Assembly (NCBI GenBank): GCA_015522145.1
Contig: WAMV01000014.1
Span: 1 to 11,317 of the forward strand
DNA: 11,317 bases
Reading direction: 5' to 3'
Origin: Candidatus Aenigmatarchaeota archaeon
Lineage (GTDB): Archaea > Aenigmatarchaeota > Aenigmatarchaeia > CG10238-14 > WAMV01
Shown one piece after another: positions 1-6,879 of the stretch. How positions within the stretch are numbered: the stretch's first letter is position 1; every line of letters begins with the position of its first letter. The position numbers were made by a program, and so were the translations under genes. Under the pieces are notes generated by a model. It saw nothing but the letters and a program-made list of their open reading frames with translations, was not told the origin of the DNA and ran no database searches.

Positions 1-111
1 AAAATAGAACAAAAAAGGCAAATAGTTCACAGGGCTGCTAAACTTGAAAGATATATAACCTGATAATATAGCTAGAAAAAACGATATTAAGATAAAATAC
101 TTTCTCTTCAT
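1..111 (-). CDS. Partial CDS (N-terminus only): probable membrane or secreted protein
   Basis: Not in the ORF track. Manual translation from ATG at 111 is open to the window edge: MKRKYFILISFFLAILSGYISFKFSSPVNYLPFLFYF. Basic N-terminus followed by hydrophobic stretches; starts 20 nt downstream of the rnhB stop on the same strand. Confidence 0.6.
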   Translation of the reverse strand, partial: MKRKYFILISFFLAILSGYISFKFSSPVNYLPFLFYF

Positions 112-131
112 AATTCAATATTTGATTTTTA

Positions 132-803
132 TCAAATAAAATTGTTGAGGGTTTTCTGAAGATGTTTTTCCTTAAGTAGGGAAGTAGTAATCCAGGTTCT
201 TCTTATACAATCTGGTAACTTTAATCCCTGTGTTATAAAATGTTCTATGAATTTTATAGTTTTGGGGTCATGAGGATATCCTACACCAATTTCCATTTTG
301 TATTTTTTCTCCAGTTTTTTAATCTCCTTATCTCTCTCAACTTTTGCTATTATGCTGGCTGCTGCCACTACCGTATTATTTTCGTCAAGATAATTTCTTA
401 CAATAAGGTTGTTCTTTAGCTCTTTTAGGGTCAGGTAAGATGCTATTAGCTCTTTGAATTTTTTTGGGTTGGATGTGAGGGAGTCAACGTAAATTTTATC
501 ACCTCTAGCAAATTCGATAAGCTGAGCTATGTGCATAGCTTCAATTTTATCTAAGTTAATACCCATAGATCTGTACTTATCTATTTTACAGGCTTTAATC
601 TTTATGACAAAAATATCAGTGGCCCTGTCTTCTATAAGTTTTGATAATTCCTCCCTTTTTTCTGGCGTCAATTTTTTACTGTCTCTAACGCCTAGTGATT
701 TTAGTTCCTTTATAACATTCTTATCAAGAGAGACGGCTGCAATAACTAAAGGACCTATTATTGCTCCCCTTCCAGCTTCATCAATTCCTGTTATTTTGCT
801 CAC
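132..803 (-). CDS. rnhB: Ribonuclease HII
   Basis: GIDEAGRG, DSKKL, VAAASIIAKV and GYPHDP motifs typical of RNase HII; C-terminal PCNA-interacting (PIP) box QKTLNNFI; GTG start. Confidence 0.97.
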   Translation of the reverse strand: MSKITGIDEAGRGAIIGPLVIAAVSLDKNVIKELKSLGVRDSKKLTPEKREELSKLIEDRATDIFVIKIKACKIDKYRSMGINLDKIEAMHIAQLIEFARGDKIYVDSLTSNPKKFKELIASYLTLKELKNNLIVRNYLDENNTVVAAASIIAKVERDKEIKKLEKKYKMEIGVGYPHDPKTIKFIEHFITQGLKLPDCIRRTWITTSLLKEKHLQKTLNNFI

Positions 804-805
804 AA

Positions 806-831
806 TTATAAAGTATCTCTATAGATTTAAG
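806..831. promoter_or_regulatory. Overlapping divergent TATA-box candidates for the nuclease gene (+) and rnhB (-)
   Basis: 31-bp spacer. TTATAAA at 806-812 (+) lies 23-29 nt before ATG 835; CTTAAAT at 825-831 (-) lies 22-28 nt before GTG 803. AT-rich background limits certainty. Confidence 0.5.
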
Positions 832-834
832 AAT

Positions 835-1233
835 ATGGGTATAGAGTTGGAAAAAGTGTTAGAAAATGAGCCCTGGCAAAAATTTGAAAAGGTAGCACAG
901 GAAATTTTGGAGCAAAACAATTTTGAAACAAAGCTCCACTACAGATTGAAAAATGGTCAAGAAATAGATATTCTTGCCCAAAAAGGTAATGTTGTTTTGT
1001 GTATTGAATGCAAAAAACTAGGCAAAAAGTACAATAGGAATTATAAACTGAAGCTGGCTTGTAGACAACTTAAAAAGAAGATGCAAACACTAGCAAACAA
1101 ATGGAATAAAAAAATTGTTGGTGTAGTCGTGACGCTCTGGCCCGATGTAATCGTAGAAGAGGGTATTTATGTTATACCCATATTTGCTTTGAATGAATGG
1201 TTGAAAATGATAGAGAATATAGTATTTAAATAA
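835..1233 (+). CDS. Stand-alone PD-(D/E)XK restriction-endonuclease-like protein (Mrr catalytic-domain-like), 132 aa
   Basis: WQKFEKVAQEIL ... EIDILA ... CIECKK gives an E...ID...ExK catalytic pattern. Start reassigned to ATG 835; the 529-834 part of the listed ORF is antisense to rnhB. Confidence 0.8.
   Translation: MGIELEKVLENEPWQKFEKVAQEILEQNNFETKLHYRLKNGQEIDILAQKGNVVLCIECKKLGKKYNRNYKLKLACRQLKKKMQTLANKWNKKIVGVVVTLWPDVIVEEGIYVIPIFALNEWLKMIENIVFK
1225..1232 (+). promoter_or_regulatory. TATA-box candidate for tbp
   Basis: TTTAAATA 22-29 nt upstream of ATG 1254, overlapping the end of the upstream gene; no evident Shine-Dalgarno. Confidence 0.5.
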
Positions 1234-1253
1234 CCTAAGCAAAATTAATATTC

Positions 1254-1799
1254 ATGTCATATAAGCTGGAGATACAAAACATAGTTGCTTCTGTCACTTT
1301 AGGTATTGAAATACCACTAGAAAAACTTGTTGAAAGAGTTGAAGGAGTAGAGTATGAGCCTGAGCAGTTTCCGGGTTTGGTTTACAGGTTAAAGAAGCCA
1401 AAAACAGCCTCTCTTATTTTCAGCTCGGGAAAGATTGTGTGTACGGGAGCTAGAAGTATGAAAGAAGTTAAAGAAGCTGTTAAAAAGGTAGTCAATACTA
1501 TTAACAGACATGCTGTAAGAGTTCCTAAAAAATTCAAAGTGGAAATACAAAACATAGTTGCCTCAGCAAAATTTGATAAAAGATTGAATCTTGATCATAT
1601 AGCATTTACACTGGAGAATTCTGAGTATGAGCCTGAGCAGTTTCCGGGTTTGGTTTACAGAATGGACAACCCAAATGTAGCATTTTTGCTTTTCAGCTCG
1701 GGAAAGATTGTGTGTACGGGCGGCAAGACTATCAAGGATGTCAAAACAGCTATAGAAAAATTAGAAAGAATTTTAAAGAGAATTAAGGCATTTGTTTGA
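1254..1799 (+). CDS. tbp: TATA-box-binding protein
   Basis: Two ~91-aa direct repeats, each with IQNIVAS, EYEPEQFPGLVYR and FSSGKIVCTG motifs. Confidence 0.99.
   Translation: MSYKLEIQNIVASVTLGIEIPLEKLVERVEGVEYEPEQFPGLVYRLKKPKTASLIFSSGKIVCTGARSMKEVKEAVKKVVNTINRHAVRVPKKFKVEIQNIVASAKFDKRLNLDHIAFTLENSEYEPEQFPGLVYRMDNPNVAFLLFSSGKIVCTGGKTIKDVKTAIEKLERILKRIKAFV
1272..1720 (+). repeat. Three perfect direct-repeat pairs inside tbp, all offset 273 bp
   Basis: 1272-1288 = 1545-1561 (17 bp, ATACAAAACATAGTTGC); 1350-1387 = 1623-1660 (38 bp, GAGTATGAGCCTGAGCAGTTTCCGGGTTTGGTTTACAG); 1417-1447 = 1690-1720 (31 bp, TTTTCAGCTCGGGAAAGATTGTGTGTACGGG). Confidence 0.97.
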
Positions 1800-1820
1800 A
1801 ACCTTTCAAAATTTCCTAAG

Positions 1821-1828
1821 TTTTAAAT
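1821..1828 (+). promoter_or_regulatory. TATA-box candidate for the mcm operon
   Basis: TTTTAAAT 25-32 nt upstream of ATG 1853 (22-29 nt upstream of TTG 1850). Confidence 0.45.
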
Positions 1829-1852
1829 TTGAAATTTAGCTCATTATAATTG

Positions 1853-3868
1853 ATGACACAGATAACTCAAGAAGTTGAAGAAAGATTAGCACAATTCTTA
1901 TTAGAGAATTATAAACAAGAAATTATAGACGCTATTCTGGAAAATAAAAAATACATAGAGATTGACTATAACAAACTAGAAATTTTTGATGTTGAGCTTG
2001 CAGATATGCTCCTTGAAGAACCCGAAGCTACACTGGAAGCCATGCAAAAAACCATAGAAAATTTGGAATACTCTGAAGGGAAGAGACTCAGAATAAGATT
2101 GAAAAATTTACCTCCAAAGCTAAAAATAAGGATAAGAAATCTTAGGTCTGAACATCTGGGCAAGCTGATAATGGTTGATGGTATTGTAAAAAGAGCTAGC
2201 GAAATAAGGCCTGAGGTTTCAGAGATTGTGTATGAATGCAATTCTTGTGGGAGCACTATAACCATTTTACAAAAAGAAAGAACCATAACAAAGCCTGATA
2301 GATGTGAAGTTTGTGGTGCTAGAAAAGGTTTTACAGTATTAGATCAGAAAGTTCATGATGCAAGATGGATAGTTATTGAAGAGCCTTATGAAATAATAAG
2401 CGGTGAGAGACCTAGCGAGATAATGGTGTATCTGAAAGAAGATTTAACAACACCCAAAATGCAAAATATAACAGATCCAGGCAACAGGATAATGATTACA
2501 GGCATATTAAAACAAAGCTTTAGGAAGCTCCGGGGCTCTAAAGCCAAGCAGATGGAAATTTATATAGATGCCAACAATGTTGAGCCTTTAGAAACTATGT
2601 GGGAAGAAGTAGAAATTACAAAAGAAGATGAAGAAAAAATAAAGGAGTTCGCAAAAAGGGAGGATTTGTTTGAGCAATTGATTAATTCAATAGCCCCATC
2701 CATGTATGGGTTGGATTATATAAAGGAAGCTATTATTTTACAAATGTTTGGAGGTGTGCCCAAAATACTTCCAGACAAAACGAGAGTGAGGGGAAATATT
2801 CACATACTTATTGTTGGTGATCCTGCAAGCGGCAAGAGCCAGCTTCTCCAATTAGTAACAAAGATAATGCCCAGGGCCAAATATGTAAGCGGGACTGGAG
2901 TAACAGCGGCAGGAATAACAGCAACCGTAACGAGAGATGAAGAATTTCTTGGAGGTTGGGTATTAGAAGCTGGTGCTCTGGTTATGGCTAACGATAGCAT
3001 ATGTGCTATAGATGAGTTTAGCAAAGTTCCTGCTAGCGATAGAGTAGCTTTGCAAGAAGCTATGAGTGTTGAAACAATATCCATAGCTAAAGCTAGCATC
3101 GTAGCCACTTTGCCAGCAAGAACTGCTGTGCTTGCTGGAAGCAATCCCAAATTGGGTAGGTTTGACCCTTACATACCTATAAGAGAGCAAATTGATGTTG
3201 ACGATGTTTTGTTATCAAGATTTGATTTGAAGTTTGCGTTAAGGGATGTGCCAGACCCTGAGAGAGATAAACAAATAGCAGAGTATGTGTTAAAGCTAAG
3301 GGCTGGAATAGAAGAAATTAAACCAGCTGTAGATGTTGAGTTTTTGAGAAAATATATAGCCTATGCTAGATCACATGTATTTCCCAAGCTCAGTAAAGAG
3401 GCTGGAGAAAGGCTAAAAGAATTCTACCTTGAAATGAGAAGCATGAGTGGGGAGGAAGCGCCTATAGCAATAACTTTAAGGCAATATGAGTCCCTAATAA
3501 GGTTGGCTGAAGCTTCAGCAAGAGTTAGGCTTAGCGATACTGTTGATATAGAGGATGCTGAAAGAGCAATTAAGTTAATGAAAATATCTTTAAGGCAATT
3601 TGGTTTTGAACCAGAAACAGGCATGTACGACATAGACAGGGCTGAAGGTCAAAGAATAACTGCAGCACAAAGAAGCAAAATAAGAAGAATGAGAGAGATA
3701 ATTGAAGAGTTAGAAGCTAGGGTTGGAAAAGAAATTCCTGAAGATGAGTTAATAGAGGTGGCCAAAAAAGAAGGTATAGATAATGCTGAAGATATAATTA
3801 GAAAAATGGTTCAAGAAGGTTTGTTATTCAGACCTAAACCTGGCTATATACAAAGAACAGGTGGTTGA
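1853..3868 (+). CDS. mcm: MCM replicative DNA helicase
   Basis: C4 zinc finger (CNSC...CEVC), Walker A GDPASGKSQL, Walker B IDEF, arginine finger LLSRFD, sensor-2 TLRQYESLIR, C-terminal winged helix. Normal length, no intein. Start is ATG 1853 or TTG 1850. Confidence 0.98.
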   Translation: MTQITQEVEERLAQFLLENYKQEIIDAILENKKYIEIDYNKLEIFDVELADMLLEEPEATLEAMQKTIENLEYSEGKRLRIRLKNLPPKLKIRIRNLRSEHLGKLIMVDGIVKRASEIRPEVSEIVYECNSCGSTITILQKERTITKPDRCEVCGARKGFTVLDQKVHDARWIVIEEPYEIISGERPSEIMVYLKEDLTTPKMQNITDPGNRIMITGILKQSFRKLRGSKAKQMEIYIDANNVEPLETMWEEVEITKEDEEKIKEFAKREDLFEQLINSIAPSMYGLDYIKEAIILQMFGGVPKILPDKTRVRGNIHILIVGDPASGKSQLLQLVTKIMPRAKYVSGTGVTAAGITATVTRDEEFLGGWVLEAGALVMANDSICAIDEFSKVPASDRVALQEAMSVETISIAKASIVATLPARTAVLAGSNPKLGRFDPYIPIREQIDVDDVLLSRFDLKFALRDVPDPERDKQIAEYVLKLRAGIEEIKPAVDVEFLRKYIAYARSHVFPKLSKEAGERLKEFYLEMRSMSGEEAPIAITLRQYESLIRLAEASARVRLSDTVDIEDAERAIKLMKISLRQFGFEPETGMYDIDRAEGQRITAAQRSKIRRMREIIEELEARVGKEIPEDELIEVAKKEGIDNAEDIIRKMVQEGLLFRPKPGYIQRTGG

Positions 3869-3870
3869 TT

Positions 3871-4590
3871 ATGGTTTTTAGATATGCAGCCAAGTCTGTC
3901 AGAATAAGAGATTTAATAGAAGGTACATTAATACCTTCACATAAAGAAGAAAAAGTTCCTACAAAGATAATAACCAAGTTTGGGGAAGTTTTGGTTAGGG
4001 TTAAAATTGTTGGAACTGTAGTAGAGAAATTTGTAAGCGAAAATTCTAACTATGCTTTTATAGATATAGATGACAATTCTGGTTTAATAAGGGCAAAAAC
4101 CTTTGAGCTTGCTAAAGAAGTGGAAAAATTAAACATAGGTGATATTGTCTTGGTTGTTGGAAAAATTAAAGAGTATTTGGATGAATTTTATGTAAACATT
4201 GAAATTGTTAGAGTCGTTGATGCGAAATATGAGCTTTATCATATGCTTAAAGTAATAGGAAAAATTAAGCAAGCACTACAGATAGTGAAAGAGCTTAAAC
4301 ACTATTATAGAAACTTTGGTTTGGAAAAAACTTTAGAAATTGCTAAAGAAAGTTATGGAATTGAAGAACAGGTTGCCAAAATTATGGTTGAGAGTTTTAT
4401 AGACAAAGAACAATTTAAAGAGAAAATACTTAAGTTAATTGAAGAGCTGCAGGAAGAGGAAGGTGTGGAAATGACCAAGCTTATGCAAATAATAGACATG
4501 CCCGAAAAAGAAGTTGAAAAAATTATAGATGAATTGTTAGAACAGGGTTTGATATTCGAAGTTATGCCCGGTATTTATAAGAAGGTGTAA
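3871..4590 (+). CDS. RPA32/Rpa2-like ssDNA-binding protein (OB fold plus C-terminal winged helix)
   Basis: IRDLIEG...RVKIVGTVV...IDDNSGLIRAKTF...GDIVLVVGKIKEY OB-fold pattern and C-terminal IDELLEQGLIFEVMPGIYK closely resemble Thermococcales RPA32 as recalled. SD-like GGTGG at 3860-3864 supports ATG 3871 over TTG 3865. Confidence 0.85.
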   Translation: MVFRYAAKSVRIRDLIEGTLIPSHKEEKVPTKIITKFGEVLVRVKIVGTVVEKFVSENSNYAFIDIDDNSGLIRAKTFELAKEVEKLNIGDIVLVVGKIKEYLDEFYVNIEIVRVVDAKYELYHMLKVIGKIKQALQIVKELKHYYRNFGLEKTLEIAKESYGIEEQVAKIMVESFIDKEQFKEKILKLIEELQEEEGVEMTKLMQIIDMPEKEVEKIIDELLEQGLIFEVMPGIYKKV

Positions 4591-4592
4591 AC

Positions 4593-4997
4593 ATGGATTA
4601 CTTGAAAATGTTGGAAGAGGGACTAGAGAAAATACCAGAAAAGGTAAAGGTAGAGGAGAGATTCAAGCTTCCAGAGCCAATAATTTTCTATCAAGGCAAC
4701 AAAACCGTTTTTGCTAATTTTAAAGAGTTCGTTGAAATCATCAGAAGAGATGAAAAACATTTTGCCAAATTTTTATTCAAAGAACTAGCCACACCCGGCG
4801 TAATTCAAAATAACCATCTCGTATTCAATTCAAAAATAAGATTAAATGCTTTGAAAAGGAAAATAGAAGAATATCTAAATAATTTTGTTTACTGTAGGGT
4901 TTGTGGTAGCCCCGACACAAAACTTACAAAGGAAAATAGATTTACTTTCATGGTTTGTGAGGCATGCGGAGCAAAAAATCCAATAAAGAAAATTTAA
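4593..4997 (+). CDS. eif2b: Translation initiation factor 2 subunit beta (aIF2-beta)
   Basis: ERF..P, GNKT, KELAT motifs and zinc ribbon CRVCGSPDT...CEACGA; SD-like AGGTG at 4583-4587. Confidence 0.97.
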   Translation: MDYLKMLEEGLEKIPEKVKVEERFKLPEPIIFYQGNKTVFANFKEFVEIIRRDEKHFAKFLFKELATPGVIQNNHLVFNSKIRLNALKRKIEEYLNNFVYCRVCGSPDTKLTKENRFTFMVCEACGAKNPIKKI

Positions 4998-5290
4998 AAT
5001 TCTGGGCAAAAATTCATGTAATTAAAGAAGAAATAGTCGTGGCTATATGCGATAAAAATCTTCTTGGCAAATCACTAAGTTTTAGGGGAGTAAAGGTAAA
5101 GATTTCTGAAAGATTTTTTAAAGGTGAATTAATAGGTGAAGAACATGTAGATAAATTATTAAGCAATGCTACCATAGCTAACTTGTTTGGAAATGAAATA
5201 GTTAAGCTGGCCGCAAAATTAGGCTATATTGATATGAAAAACGTAATTAAAATAGAAGGGATTTACCATGCCCAATTCGTCAAACTTTAA
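4964..5290 (+). CDS. DUF424 family protein
   Basis: KIH...VVAICDKNLLGK...SERFFKG...ATIANLFGNEIV...G.YHAQ matches the archaeal DUF424 pattern; a common aIF2-beta neighbour. Start uncertain (34-nt overlap). Confidence 0.88.
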   Translation: MRSKKSNKENLKFWAKIHVIKEEIVVAICDKNLLGKSLSFRGVKVKISERFFKGELIGEEHVDKLLSNATIANLFGNEIVKLAAKLGYIDMKNVIKIEGIYHAQFVKL

Positions 5291-5648
5291 GGCTCAGTTC
5301 ATAATGCTTAGCGTAGTAGCTATAGTTAGTGTGTTATACTTATTCAGTTTATGGGCCCAACCAACAGATATTGTTGATTTATCATCTCAAATATTGGTTG
5401 ATGAATATTTTCTAATGCAGAACATGGCCAATAATTTAAGATATATAACTCACATAGATGATTGCGAAGTCCTGAACTATTCTTTACAAGAATACATTCA
5501 ATTTGTGAAAGGTTTTGCCAAAGAAAAAAATATTCGAATAGACATAGATCATAATTTTTCTAACTGTAATCAAAAAATTGTGGAATATAATATAACTATT
5601 TACACACCTGACAGAAACGTTTCATCTCGAATAATTTTTACAAGGTGA
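5268..5648 (+). CDS. Hypothetical surface protein with probable class III (type IV pilin-like) signal peptide
   Basis: N-terminus MPNSSNF-KA|QF followed by hydrophobic IMLSVVAIVSVLYLFSLW; two Cys in the soluble part; purine-rich GAAGGGA at 5255-5261 upstream. Confidence 0.6.
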   Translation: MPNSSNFKAQFIMLSVVAIVSVLYLFSLWAQPTDIVDLSSQILVDEYFLMQNMANNLRYITHIDDCEVLNYSLQEYIQFVKGFAKEKNIRIDIDHNFSNCNQKIVEYNITIYTPDRNVSSRIIFTR

Positions 5649-6837
5649 GAAGCTGTTCCAAAGAATTTTTATCAAGCTCCAAATATTTCATAATTTCTCT
5701 CTTGTATTTTTCATTTTGAGCTAGAATTTTAAGTAAAGGGATAAACTCTTTTTTAACACAAGAAGTAGAACAATGGAGTTCTTCGCTTAACTTTTCTAAG
5801 GCTTTGTTTACATTCTCTTTTAGTGGCTTAAGCTTAGCATAAGTTTGAAGTCTTAAAGGTGGTTTGAATTTTGTAAATTTTCTGTAAACATCTTTTTTAG
5901 CTGAGGATACACCAGCGCTCATCAAATCAATCATATAAACCATAAGCCTCCAGTTTTGCCTGCTAACAATTCTTTTTCTAAACAAATCGGCCCAGCTCAA
6001 AAACTCATAAGCTTTGACAATTTCTTCTATTGTTTCGTATTCGTTGCTAACATTTTCTTCAATCCACCATATCAACTCTTCAGGATCTTTATCTACAAGA
6101 GAAACTGCAAATCTAGCAGCTTTAATCGATTTAGTTTTGAAAATCATTTTAAGAGTCTGGAAAACGTCTTCCTCTCTCTCCCTGTAGCCCAAATCTTCTA
6201 AATCTTTTACTGTTATCTCTTTTTTTGTGGCTAGCGTCTCTAAATCATTTATAGCTGCTCTCAAATCGCCCTTTGACCTTTCAGCCAAAGCCTTCAGAAC
6301 ATTTATGTCAACAATAAGACCTTCTACCTCAGCTATTTCTTTAAGCCTCTTAACAATATAAGTTGGGGGTATGGGAGAGAATTGAATCATCTCACAATAA
6401 CTTCTTAAAGGCTTTAGCTTTGGGTCCCAAGCATCGTTTGCTGTTAGAACAACTGGAAAAACAGACTCTTTTATGAATTTAATTATTTCTGCTAAACCTC
6501 CTCTATCCTCTTTCCCTGATATACCATCAACCTCGTCTATAAGAAACATTTTTTTCTTTCCAAACAAAGACGCCTGTTTTGCAGAAGCTCTAAAAACTTC
6601 CTTAATTTTTTGAGCAGACCTAACGTCGCTGGCATTCATCTCTATCAGGTTGAGATTATTTTCTCTAGCAAAAGCCCTGACCAAAGCTGTTTTACCCACG
6701 CCTGGCGGTCCATATAGTAATGCAGCTTTACTTCCAGGCTTATAATTTTTATACCAAACTAGAAATTGTTCTACAGCTTTCTTCTGATCAACAAATTCTT
6801 TTAAATTCTTTGGCGCATACTTTCTAATCCAAGCCAT
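5638..6837 (-). CDS. rfcL: Replication factor C large subunit
   Basis: WIRKYAP, GPPGVGKT, EMNASD, IDEVD, GDLRAAINDL, and WIEEN/ADLF...W.L collar motifs specific to the large subunit. Confidence 0.96.
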   Translation of the reverse strand: MAWIRKYAPKNLKEFVDQKKAVEQFLVWYKNYKPGSKAALLYGPPGVGKTALVRAFARENNLNLIEMNASDVRSAQKIKEVFRASAKQASLFGKKKMFLIDEVDGISGKEDRGGLAEIIKFIKESVFPVVLTANDAWDPKLKPLRSYCEMIQFSPIPPTYIVKRLKEIAEVEGLIVDINVLKALAERSKGDLRAAINDLETLATKKEITVKDLEDLGYREREEDVFQTLKMIFKTKSIKAARFAVSLVDKDPEELIWWIEENVSNEYETIEEIVKAYEFLSWADLFRKRIVSRQNWRLMVYMIDLMSAGVSSAKKDVYRKFTKFKPPLRLQTYAKLKPLKENVNKALEKLSEELHCSTSCVKKEFIPLLKILAQNEKYKREIMKYLELDKNSLEQLLTL

Positions 6838-6879
6838 ATTTTTAATTTGAAAACAAAGAAAAATAAAAAGTAGGTTTGG

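Noticed and set aside
529..834. 102-codon N-terminal extension of the 529..1233 ORF
   Set aside because: Antisense shadow of rnhB; nuclease-like sequence and a TATA candidate fit ATG 835.
1272..1720. tbp repeats as a CRISPR array or diversity-generating retroelement template/variable pair
   Set aside because: Only two copies of each, in frame in a conserved gene; no spacers, cas genes or reverse transcriptase in the window, and differences are not adenine-specific.
1800..1852. Replication origin next to mcm
   Set aside because: About 50 bp, no ORB-like G-string repeats and no orc1/cdc6 gene in the window.
1966..3633. Minus-strand ORFs 1966-2286, 2800-3150, 2963-3190, 3424-3633
   Set aside because: Wholly antisense to mcm with no recognisable motifs.
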